Shown in pieces: positions 21,934 to 31,957 of a stretch of 64,000 nucleotides of DNA. The DNA lies in contig CAIKBL010000041.1 of assembly GCA_903825645.1 (NCBI GenBank), forward strand, positions 8,375-72,374. The letters are read 5' to 3'. A model generated the notes under the pieces. The model was given only the letters and a program-made list of their open reading frames with translations, ran no database searches and was not told where the DNA came from. This stretch comes from an uncultured Pseudomonadota bacterium (GTDB taxonomy: Bacteria; Pseudomonadota; Gammaproteobacteria; Ga0077536). The stretch's first letter is position 1, and every line of letters begins with the position of its first letter. The translations under genes and the position numbers were made by a program.

Positions 21934-22966
21934 ATGTATCGGTAAGCACCGCCTCGCCCAGTCCTTTTAGCAGGACTAGGCGAATCTTTCCGTTTTTATT
22001 TTTTTTGTCGACCCGCATCGCCGAAAGGAGCTCTGCAATCCCCAAGTGGGGGGGACGTACTGTGGGTAGGCCTGCCCGCTTAATGAGATGGATGACTCGT
22101 GCGCAATCGTCAACCGGGAGCATGCCAAGGTCACGGGACATTCGGGCTGCCATACACAACCCTACGCCCACTGCCTCTCCGTGAAGCCACTCGCCGTAAC
22201 CCATGGCGTGTTCGATGGCATGTCCGAACGTATGTCCGAGATTCAGTAACGCCCGGACGCCGGATTCACGTTCATCCTGGCCCACGACACGCGCTTTGTT
22301 TCGACAAGAGCGCTCCACCGCATAAATCAGCGCTTCCGGCGTGCGCGCCATCAAGTCATCGAGGTTGAGCTCGAGCCACCGGAAAAAATCCAGATCGTCA
22401 ATGAGGCCGTATTTGATAATCTCGGCAGTTCCCGCACGAAACTCACGCACCGGCAAACTAGCCAGTGTTTCGAGATCAGCCAACACCGCCCGTGGTTGGT
22501 GAAAAGCGCCAATCATATTTTTTCCAAGCGGATGATTAACGGCTGTTTTGCCCCCTACAGACGAATCAACCAACGCCAGTAAAGTCGTTGGAATCTGCAC
22601 AAAATCCACGCCGCGCTGATAGCAAGCGGCCGCAAATCCTGCCAAATCACCGATCACCCCACCACCGAGCGCAAACACCACACATCCTCGCTCGTAGCGT
22701 AGCTCGAGCAACCGCGTCATGATGAGTTCCAAGCTGCCAAGGGTTTTGTAGGCCTCGCCGTCCGGAAGCGCTAGCACGTTGACGCTCATTTCCGTCAGGT
22801 GGTTGATCAGCCGTTGGCAAAACAACGGGCCTACGGTTTGGTTGGTCACGACCAACACCTGCTTCCCCGGAACGAGCTGTCGGACCAAGGCAGAATCGGA
22901 TAGCAGTCCATGTCCGATATAAATCGGGTAACTCCGACTACCCAGCGCGACGGTCACTTCAATCAT
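21887..22966 (-). CDS. aroB: 3-dehydroquinate synthase
   Basis: GGGVIGDLAGFAAA NAD-binding motif, metal-binding His residues, 359 aa; aroK-aroB order. Confidence 0.92.
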   Translation of the reverse strand: MIEVTVALGSRSYPIYIGHGLLSDSALVRQLVPGKQVLVVTNQTVGPLFCQRLINHLTEMSVNVLALPDGEAYKTLGSLELIMTRLLELRYERGCVVFALGGGVIGDLAGFAAACYQRGVDFVQIPTTLLALVDSSVGGKTAVNHPLGKNMIGAFHQPRAVLADLETLASLPVREFRAGTAEIIKYGLIDDLDFFRWLELNLDDLMARTPEALIYAVERSCRNKARVVGQDERESGVRALLNLGHTFGHAIEHAMGYGEWLHGEAVGVGLCMAARMSRDLGMLPVDDCARVIHLIKRAGLPTVRPPHLGIAELLSAMRVDKKNKNGKIRLVLLKGLGEAVLTDTYDESVLHATLADDGR

Positions 22967-23478
22967 ACGGGAAATGCCTCCCGAATCTGCGTCACTATCT
23001 CGGTAACCGGGAAAGCACTTGTATCAATGCTCATGCGCGCCGTCTCGCAGTAAAAGTCCGCGCGCTCCGCGAGGATATTTCTCAAGCGCGTAGCGCGATC
23101 GTCGGTATTCAGAAGCGGTCTATTCACATCATTGCGGGTTCGAGCCAAAAGCTCGTCCAAACCGGCAAAAAGAAAGACGGTAAATCCGCGCGAGATAAGT
23201 GCTGCGCGATTAGCCGCGTCGAGCACTGCGCCACCACCGGTAGCGAGCACGATATCATCAATCTGGGTCAACTCGTCAATGAGCCGACGCTCCCGGAGGC
23301 GAAAACCGGCCTCGCCCTCCAGATCGAAGATCAGCGAGACTCGCGCACCGGTCCGTCTCTCCAGTTCTTGATCGCAATCGATGAAGCGTCGCTTCAGTGC
23401 TTTGGCAAGCCGTTTGCCAATAGTCGTTTTCCCCGCGCCCATCGGGCCAATCAGAAAAATTCCGTTATGCTTCGACAT
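22963..23478 (-). CDS. aroK: shikimate kinase
   Basis: IFLIGPMGAGKTTIGKRLA P-loop, 171 aa, immediately downstream of pilQ. Confidence 0.9.
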   Translation of the reverse strand: MSKHNGIFLIGPMGAGKTTIGKRLAKALKRRFIDCDQELERRTGARVSLIFDLEGEAGFRLRERRLIDELTQIDDIVLATGGGAVLDAANRAALISRGFTVFLFAGLDELLARTRNDVNRPLLNTDDRATRLRNILAERADFYCETARMSIDTSAFPVTEIVTQIREAFPV

Positions 23479-23530
23479 TCAACTGTAACCTGTCCAGTCT
23501 GCGCAGCCGGGATTTTTTCCGCTCACCAAG

Positions 23531-23570
23531 AAGGCAAAAAGAAGGCGCGGGGCGCGTGGCACCCCGCGCA
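23531..23570 (-). terminator. Rho-independent terminator downstream of pilQ
   Basis: On the minus strand: GC-rich 8-9 bp stem (GCGCGGGG/CCCCGCGC, 9-nt loop) followed by TTCTTTTTGCCTT tract, 17-55 nt after pilQ stop. Confidence 0.55.
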
Positions 23571-23586
23571 GCCGAACAGACACGCG

Positions 23587-25788
23587 TCACCGCGTAGAAA
23601 CAGACATTGCTTCCTTGAGAATTTTGGGCGTGACGAAGATCAAGAGTTCTTTCTTCGTCGCCTTGATCGCGTTGTTCTTGAAAAGGTTACCCACATAAGG
23701 CAACTCTCCGAAAAACGGGACGAGTGTTTTGGTGACCGTGTGCTCGGATTGATAGATGCCTCCTAGCACGACCGTTTCGCCGTTGTCGATCAGCACCTGC
23801 GTATCAACCTCATTGGTGTCGATGCTAGGTACGCCGTTGAACACCGTACCCACCGAATCCCTATTGACCTTCAAGTCCATAATCACGCGATCGTCCGGGG
23901 TCACGTGCGGGGTCACCTTGAGCGCGAGGACCGCCTTTTTGAAAGAGACCGACGTGGCGCCACTGGAACTCGCCTCTTGGTAAGGAATTTCAGTACCTGT
24001 CTCAATCAGCGCTTCTTTCTGGTTCGCGGTGATGACTTGCGGGCTTGCGATGACTTCGCCACGCCCTTCCGTCTGCAACGCCGACAATTGGAGTTGCAAT
24101 AAGTTACTGCCAATTTTTCCAATTGCCCAATTCATCGCGCCCGCCGGGTTCGTGACCGGGAGGTCGACAAGGTAATTCTCCTGAGTCCCACTCGCCGCAA
24201 ACGCCGTCGTTTTAGGGTAGGTGATGCTACCCGGGATCCCGCCGCCAATTTGACTCGTAAAGCCCGTTTTTCCGGCGTTAGACTGACTGTAGCCGAACTG
24301 AACGCCGATATCTTTGCTGAAGTCGTCGTTCGCGACGACAATTCTGGATTCAATCAGCACCTGCCGCACCGGAATATCCAGCGCCTCCACCACGCGCCGG
24401 AGATCGCCCAGCGCCTCCGCCGTATCCTGAACCAGAAGCGTGTTCGTCCTTTCATCCACGCTGACGTTACCCCGAGGGGTCAACAGCTTATTAGTCTTTG
24501 TTTTCATTAAATCGGCCAAGGCCTGCGCCTTCGCGTAATTCACGTGCACAAATTCGGTCTTGAGTGGTGATAATTCCTGCAGTTGTTTCTGCGATTCCAG
24601 TTCCAGCTTCTCGCGGGATGCGATCTCTTCCTGCGGGGCAACCATAATCACGTTGCCGGATTTGCGCATGCCGAGACCTTTGGTCTTTAGAATGAGGTCC
24701 ATCGCCTGATCCCACGGCACATTTTTCAACCGCAACGTCACCCTGCCTGTCACCGTATCGCTGGCGACCAGGTTGAAGCCATTGAAATCTGCGATCAGCT
24801 GCAGCACCGCACGAACTTCTATATCCTGGAAGTTGAGGGACAATCGCTCTCCCGTGTAACCAAATTTATCTTTTTTAAGTTCGTCTTGCTCTGTTTTGCT
24901 CAGCGGGCGGAGTTCTAAGGTAAAAATATTGTCCGACTGATACGCCATGTGGTCATAGGGTCCCTTCGGCGTCACTACCATACGGGTGCCGTTACCATGA
25001 CGGGTGGTATCTATTTCCTGAGCGGGCGTCGCGAAATCCAGGACATCCAACTTGCGATCAAGCTCGGTCGGCAGCGTGGTATCAACGAAGTCAACAATCA
25101 ACTTCCCGCCCTGCTCGTCGATGTTGATCCCAATGTTCGGATCCGAGAGGTTGACCATGATCTGTGCCTCGCCCCGAGGACCGCGTCTGAAATCAATCCC
25201 TTTGACGCTCGCACCGGTCGCATGCCCCGGCATCGTCAGCATGTTAGCCGGCGACTTGTTGGAAACAGCTGCTGCCTTGGGTACGCTCGCGCCGGTGGCT
25301 CCTTTGAGCGCCGTGATATCGCTTTGGATACCGTCAAGCGTCAAGGTCACTGTATTACCCGCCGTCTGAATCTTGTACGGCACAAGTTGGACAAGGTTGA
25401 CCACTACCCGAGTACGCCCTTCGGCCTCCACCGCCGTTACCGTGTCAACTTTACCGATACCTACCTTTGCCGTTTTATTCTTCAGGCCAAGTTGTGTCCC
25501 TGGAAAATCAAGCGCAATGCGAGCCGGGTTATCGATCGTGAAATTGAGCGGATCTGCGCTCAGCGCTTCGCTCAGCGTCAATTTGACCTGCACGCTGCCA
25601 CCAGGCAATGAGGTAAACTTGATGTCATTTAACGTGCCCGCTAGTGCCCACACGGGTAAGCCACCGCCGAGCAGCAAGCTGGAGAAGGCGAACAGCAGCG
25701 ACCATAGTGGTCCACGGGAGGTGCGCGCGATGCAACGTCGGGACGTGACTGCGGCGGAATGTTGCTCGTTAGCTTTCCTGGTTCTCAT
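23587..25788 (-). CDS. pilQ: type IV pilus secretin PilQ
   Basis: 733 aa; signal peptide, AMIN-like repeats, secretin N domains and C-terminal secretin domain (VLIDNGETVVLGG..). Confidence 0.92.
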   Translation of the reverse strand: MRTRKANEQHSAAVTSRRCIARTSRGPLWSLLFAFSSLLLGGGLPVWALAGTLNDIKFTSLPGGSVQVKLTLSEALSADPLNFTIDNPARIALDFPGTQLGLKNKTAKVGIGKVDTVTAVEAEGRTRVVVNLVQLVPYKIQTAGNTVTLTLDGIQSDITALKGATGASVPKAAAVSNKSPANMLTMPGHATGASVKGIDFRRGPRGEAQIMVNLSDPNIGINIDEQGGKLIVDFVDTTLPTELDRKLDVLDFATPAQEIDTTRHGNGTRMVVTPKGPYDHMAYQSDNIFTLELRPLSKTEQDELKKDKFGYTGERLSLNFQDIEVRAVLQLIADFNGFNLVASDTVTGRVTLRLKNVPWDQAMDLILKTKGLGMRKSGNVIMVAPQEEIASREKLELESQKQLQELSPLKTEFVHVNYAKAQALADLMKTKTNKLLTPRGNVSVDERTNTLLVQDTAEALGDLRRVVEALDIPVRQVLIESRIVVANDDFSKDIGVQFGYSQSNAGKTGFTSQIGGGIPGSITYPKTTAFAASGTQENYLVDLPVTNPAGAMNWAIGKIGSNLLQLQLSALQTEGRGEVIASPQVITANQKEALIETGTEIPYQEASSSGATSVSFKKAVLALKVTPHVTPDDRVIMDLKVNRDSVGTVFNGVPSIDTNEVDTQVLIDNGETVVLGGIYQSEHTVTKTLVPFFGELPYVGNLFKNNAIKATKKELLIFVTPKILKEAMSVSTR

Positions 25789-25803
25789 GCGCGATTACCC
25801 CTT

Positions 25804-26391
25804 TTATGGGTTGCCTTCTTCAATAAGCGTCAAACTCGCCTGACGCTCTTCCCATCGTCCCTCAGAATCCTTGACGACTTCGCGCAACTCAATACGGTCC
25901 TCTTGGATAGTGAGGATTTTTCCGAAGTTACGCCCCAGGTAATTTCCGACCTGTACGCGATGTACAGTCCCTGTCTTGTCCTTGACGACTGCCCACAGCG
26001 CCGCATCGCCCTGCAGCGTGCCGACCATACGTAGACTGTCCACCTCAAAGGCCTCTAATTCTTCACTGTTATGGGCTGCCATTTCATCCATAAATCGCTG
26101 TTGGCGCTTATCGTTACGCCGATCAGCCGCCATTTCCTTTTGAGGCACATCGTTTAAGACGTCCCGAAAAGGATCTCGTGCACTCGCCTCTCCAGACTGA
26201 TAGAGGTAGCGCTCATAAGGGCGAATAGGTGGCAACGGTTCAATCTGTCCACCGGGCCGTTTCAGCACACCCGCGACATAATCTTCTAGATCGGTCTTGT
26301 CGCGATTGACACAGCCCGCGAACAACCCAAGCAACACAAAAAGCCCCAGGTAGCGCGTTAAATAGCCACTTGACGTTCTGGTACCGCTCAT
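25804..26391 (-). CDS. pilP: type IV pilus assembly lipoprotein PilP
   Basis: Lipobox LLGLFAGC, ~195 aa, position between pilO and pilQ. Confidence 0.8.
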   Translation of the reverse strand: MSGTRTSSGYLTRYLGLFVLLGLFAGCVNRDKTDLEDYVAGVLKRPGGQIEPLPPIRPYERYLYQSGEASARDPFRDVLNDVPQKEMAADRRNDKRQQRFMDEMAAHNSEELEAFEVDSLRMVGTLQGDAALWAVVKDKTGTVHRVQVGNYLGRNFGKILTIQEDRIELREVVKDSEGRWEERQASLTLIEEGNP

Positions 26392-27014
26392 TTTCGCACC
26401 GCTTTATCTGACTTGCCCGAGGCTTCCTGCCGTTCCTCTTCTTCGTCCATATAGCGATAGGTCTTGGCGGTAGTTTCGAGGGTCAGGAGACCGCCCACCT
26501 TTGGCGTTATTCGGATATCGTGGTTCGTCACGATGCGGGGAAGATCAGACACGCCGCTAATAAAATTACCGATCGCATGATAGTTGCCCACCACCTTTAT
26601 TTGGATCGGTAATTCGACGTAGAAATCTGCCGGCTTCTCAGCGCCCGGTTTGAATAACTCGAACTCCAGTCCGGCGGCAAGTCCCTGTTGGGAAATATCA
26701 ACGAGCAGTGCAGCAACCTCCGTTTTGTTCGGTAACCGTTTAAGTAGGTCACCGAATGTTTCTTTTATGTCACCTAACTGCTGCTTCAGGGCTTCGAGAT
26801 TAACGGCTTTCTTCTGTGCGTTCTCTAATTGTCCCTTGAGCGCCACTTCTTTTTCCTGATCCTGTTCGAGCGCGTCTTGTAATGTACTGATATCGTTCCA
26901 GTAGATCAGGCTTCCCAGAGCCCCGCACACCAGCAAGATGAAAACGGCTTTGACTGGCTTCGGCCACGTTCCGATGTTACTGAGTGTCAGATTGTTGAAG
27001 TCTGACATTTTCAT
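26388..27014 (-). CDS. pilO: type IV pilus assembly protein PilO
   Basis: Single N-terminal TM, coiled coil, ~208 aa; operon position. Confidence 0.8.
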   Translation of the reverse strand: MKMSDFNNLTLSNIGTWPKPVKAVFILLVCGALGSLIYWNDISTLQDALEQDQEKEVALKGQLENAQKKAVNLEALKQQLGDIKETFGDLLKRLPNKTEVAALLVDISQQGLAAGLEFELFKPGAEKPADFYVELPIQIKVVGNYHAIGNFISGVSDLPRIVTNHDIRITPKVGGLLTLETTAKTYRYMDEEEERQEASGKSDKAVRK

Positions 27015-27585
27015 GTTTGGTCATCCTCTCCTTGCGCGTTAGCACGTGGGACCACCTGCTCGGCTTTCAGGGTGAAGCTGGAAATGCGGTGCTTTTCAGC
27101 ATCGGTCGTCTCAATGATTTCGAGTTTCGGATTCTTGAGCCATTCGGATTTCTCAATATTCCGCATGAAATTTGAAACCCGTGCATTCGATTCGGCGACG
27201 CCTTTAACTTCAATAATGCGATTAGTTTGCGACAGCTGCTTCAGATACACGCCATCCGGTATCGTCCGAACAAGCTCATCGAATAGATGCACGACGATAG
27301 GCCGGCTGGTCTGGAGCGATTGAATCGCCTTCATCCGCGCGACGAGTCTGGCTTTCTCTCTTTCAAGTTCCCTGATCTCGTGGATTTGCTTATCCAGCTT
27401 GCCAATTTCCGCCATAAGATACTGATTTCGTTCACTCTGAAAATCGAGGCAACTCTGAAAATAAAAATGCGTAATTGCGGATATCAAAACCACTACGCCG
27501 GCGCAGATTCCAACAATGGCTAAGAACTCTGTACGGCGTTGACGCCTGCGTTCGGCTCGCCAGGGCAGCAGGTTGATGCGGGCCA

Positions 27586-27586
<1 letters not shown>
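27011..27586 (-). CDS. pilN: type IV pilus assembly protein PilN
   Basis: N-terminal INLLPWR motif then TM then coiled coil; 191 aa. Confidence 0.82.
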
Positions 27587-28820
<1,234 letters not shown>

Positions 28821-31274
28821 ATGAGGTTTTGTGGTAACCACAATATGTTGCGTCTCGCGTTTTACGCGGTGCTCCTCAGCTTCGCACTGATGATATCGGC
28901 CATCGTCGGCTTAGCTTGGTGGGTACTGCCCCAACTACCGCCGACAGAAAGTCTACAGGACGTCCGATTCCAGACCCCGTTGAAAGTGTATACCCGAGAC
29001 GGCAGCTTGATTGCCGAGTTCGGTGAAAAATTGCGCACTCCGGTTGCGATAAAAGATGTTCCTATATTGGTGAAACAGGCGTTTCTGGCCGCTGAAGACG
29101 ATCGGTTCTACGAGCACCCCGGCGTCGATGGGATGGCCTTGCTACGGGCGGCGTTTAACGTCGCGCGCTCGCAGGAACGCTCTCAGGGGGGCAGTACCAT
29201 CACGATGCAAGTTGCCCGCAACTTCTTCTTAAGTCGCGAAAAAACCTACCAACGGAAACTACGCGAAATTGCACTTGCCATCAAAATTGAGCGCGAGCTC
29301 ACAAAAAATCAGATCCTGGAGTTGTATTTAAATAAAATTTTTCTGGGTCACCGCGCTTACGGAGTTGCAGCGGCAGCACAAGTCTATTTCGGCTGCCAGT
29401 TGAAAGATCTGACGCTGGCCCAGATAGCGCTCATCGCTGGCTTACCGAAAGCGCCTTCGCGCCTCAATCCGGTCACCGATCCGCGCGCGGCAGTGGCTCG
29501 CCGGGGTTACGTCCTGAGTCGTATGCTAGAACTTGGCTTTATCAACCGCGAAGCATTTGCGGCAGCCCAGCAAGAACCCTTGATCGCACATCTTCACGGA
29601 CAAGCCGTCGAGACCAACGCGCCACATCTGGCCGAAATGGCACGCACGTTTATGGGGGGAAAGTTCGGCGAGGCCGCCTTTACCCAAGGCTACCGGGTGA
29701 TTACCACGATTCTCCACGAAAACCAGACAGCGGCAGTCAACGCGCTAACCTCAACTCTGACCGAATACGACCGACGTCATGGATACCGAGGACCAGAGGC
29801 TAACCTAAATCTAGCCGCAACGCCGAGTACCAAGTGGGCGGAGCTCCTGAACGCCTACCCATCGGTCGGGGATCTCGCTGCCGTAATAGTGACCACTGTC
29901 GGCGAACGAGAAATCGAGGCGCTCGACGCACAAGGAAACCGTTTAAAAATAGGTTGGTCCGGCATGAGCTGGGCACGGCGCCACATCAGCCCCGACCAGG
30001 TCGGGCCGACGCCCCACGGTGCCGGCGACTTCCTAAAACCGGGCGACGTGATCCGGATCAGCTGGGTAGCATCCACGCCAAACCAGCACGACAGGGCGCA
30101 CAAAACCGAATCGGGCGGCTGGCGTCTCGCACAGAAACCGGCTGTCGAGGCTGCTTTGGTGTCACTCGATTCAGGCGACGGCGCCATCATGGCACTGGTA
30201 GGTGGCTATAACTTTGCGCTCAGCAAATTCAATCGCGTCACACAGGCCTTACGACAGCCGGGATCGAACTTTAAACCCTTCATTTACTCGGCTGCGCTGA
30301 ATAATGGCTTTACGCCGGCGAGTTACATCAACGATGCCCCCATCGTTTTTGATGCGCCAGGGCTTGATGCCGCCTGGCGCCCGGAAAACTACACGGGCAC
30401 CTACTACGGCCCGACGAGTCTGCGTGACGCGTTGGCGAACTCTCGAAACTTAGTCTCTATTCGCGTGATGCGCGAAGTCGGCATCGATAAGACGCTTGCG
30501 CATATCAGTCGTTTCGGTTTCGACCCCGCGAAGATGCCGCACAACCTATCACTGTCGCTTGGCACCGGAGAAGTGACTCCATTGCAACTCATAACAGGAT
30601 ACGCGACGTTTTCGAATGGGGGATTTTTGATCGAGCCTTATTTTGTATCTCGCGTGGAAGATCAAGACGGCAAAGTCGTATGGCGCGCGACGCCCAAAAA
30701 AGCTTGTCCGACGTGCGAACTGACGCCGCCTGAGCATACCGAGCCTGGCGATCTGGAGGCCTTGCGCTCAACTGTAGAAATACCCGCCGAGCAGCGTGCG
30801 TCACGGGTCATTGACGCCCAAAATGCGTGGCTCATGTATTCAATGTTGAAAGATGTCATTACACGGGGCACCGCGCGTCGGGCTCTCGAGCTGAAACGAC
30901 CCGATCTTGCCGGCAAAACGGGCACGACAAACGATCTCAAAGATGCGTGGTTCTCGGGCTTTAACGGGCACATCGTGACCACTGCTTGGATCGGTTCCGA
31001 CAATTCAACTACTTTGGGCTCGCAGGAAACTGGCGCCCACGCTGCGCTCCCCATGTGGATTGAATACATGCGCAGTGCCCTAAAAGGAAAGCCTCTCGCA
31101 GAGCTCGCGCTCCCACCAGGTATGGTCACCGTGCGGGTACAACCAAATAGTACGGCCGCCGCGAGCTACGAGACTTTTCGGGCGCAAGATGTCCCGCAAT
31201 CTGCCGGCGGCTCACCGGCTGCACACCCTCAGGCAGCGCCACCGCCGTCCAAGACAGTCGAGCAACTCTTCTGA
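28821..31274 (+). CDS. mrcA: penicillin-binding protein 1A (bifunctional glycosyltransferase/transpeptidase)
   Basis: GT51 motifs (EDDRFYEHPGVD, GGSTITMQVARN), transpeptidase SxxK/SxN/KTG (KTGTTN); collinear with E. coli PBP1A. Confidence 0.92.
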   Translation: MRFCGNHNMLRLAFYAVLLSFALMISAIVGLAWWVLPQLPPTESLQDVRFQTPLKVYTRDGSLIAEFGEKLRTPVAIKDVPILVKQAFLAAEDDRFYEHPGVDGMALLRAAFNVARSQERSQGGSTITMQVARNFFLSREKTYQRKLREIALAIKIERELTKNQILELYLNKIFLGHRAYGVAAAAQVYFGCQLKDLTLAQIALIAGLPKAPSRLNPVTDPRAAVARRGYVLSRMLELGFINREAFAAAQQEPLIAHLHGQAVETNAPHLAEMARTFMGGKFGEAAFTQGYRVITTILHENQTAAVNALTSTLTEYDRRHGYRGPEANLNLAATPSTKWAELLNAYPSVGDLAAVIVTTVGEREIEALDAQGNRLKIGWSGMSWARRHISPDQVGPTPHGAGDFLKPGDVIRISWVASTPNQHDRAHKTESGGWRLAQKPAVEAALVSLDSGDGAIMALVGGYNFALSKFNRVTQALRQPGSNFKPFIYSAALNNGFTPASYINDAPIVFDAPGLDAAWRPENYTGTYYGPTSLRDALANSRNLVSIRVMREVGIDKTLAHISRFGFDPAKMPHNLSLSLGTGEVTPLQLITGYATFSNGGFLIEPYFVSRVEDQDGKVVWRATPKKACPTCELTPPEHTEPGDLEALRSTVEIPAEQRASRVIDAQNAWLMYSMLKDVITRGTARRALELKRPDLAGKTGTTNDLKDAWFSGFNGHIVTTAWIGSDNSTTLGSQETGAHAALPMWIEYMRSALKGKPLAELALPPGMVTVRVQPNSTAAASYETFRAQDVPQSAGGSPAAHPQAAPPPSKTVEQLF

Positions 31275-31291
31275 AAAAGCAGGATCCCGCC

Positions 31292-31957
31292 ATGCGTTCT
31301 CGACGCCGGGAGAATTCCGTCCGACACGGTCTCATCGCGCAATTAGCGGCCCGGCTATTGGTCGAAGGGGCAGCGTGCGACTTTGAATCGGCCAAACACA
31401 AAGCGGCCGCCACGATGTCGCTTAGCGAACGTAATGAGCTACCGGATAATCTGACGATACTTGGCGCAGTCATCGAGTACCAGCGGCTTTTTGAACACGG
31501 AAAATTACACGATAGAAACGCCAAGTTACGCAAAGCCGCACTCGAAGCCATGCGTTTTCTAGAAAAATTTTCGCCACGTTTACACGGCGCCGTGCTGTAC
31601 GGGACATGCCTGCGTCATTCGGCGGTCGGGCTCCATCTTTTTGCAGATGAAGTCGAAAGCGTCACACGCCACCTTCTTCAAAGCCGTCTTGTTTTCAGGC
31701 TAGGGCAAACGCGCCCAGACCGAGACGGCCGACATATGGACAGTGCTATTCAGCTCGAAATCAGTCGGGATGGTATTGACTTCGTCCTCACCGTTTTGCC
31801 CATGCGATGTCTGCGTCATCCCATTAGCAGCCCACTAACGAATAGCGCCTACCAGTATATGGATCAGGCTCAACTATCGACATTACTGGCCGAAGACGCC
31901 GGCCGATTAAATCTCGCGGAACTCAAACTCCCCAACACAGGGGGCTTACCCCTGTGA
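31292..31957 (+). CDS. hypothetical protein (no recognisable domain)
   Basis: 221-aa ORF filling the ponA-priA gap; its TGA stop (31955-31957) overlaps the priA GTG start; codon usage like neighbours. Confidence 0.55.
   Translation: MRSRRRENSVRHGLIAQLAARLLVEGAACDFESAKHKAAATMSLSERNELPDNLTILGAVIEYQRLFEHGKLHDRNAKLRKAALEAMRFLEKFSPRLHGAVLYGTCLRHSAVGLHLFADEVESVTRHLLQSRLVFRLGQTRPDRDGRHMDSAIQLEISRDGIDFVLTVLPMRCLRHPISSPLTNSAYQYMDQAQLSTLLAEDAGRLNLAELKLPNTGGLPL

Noticed and set aside
24949-25843. Several 100-220 aa plus-strand ORFs
   Set aside because: All lie antisense within pilQ.
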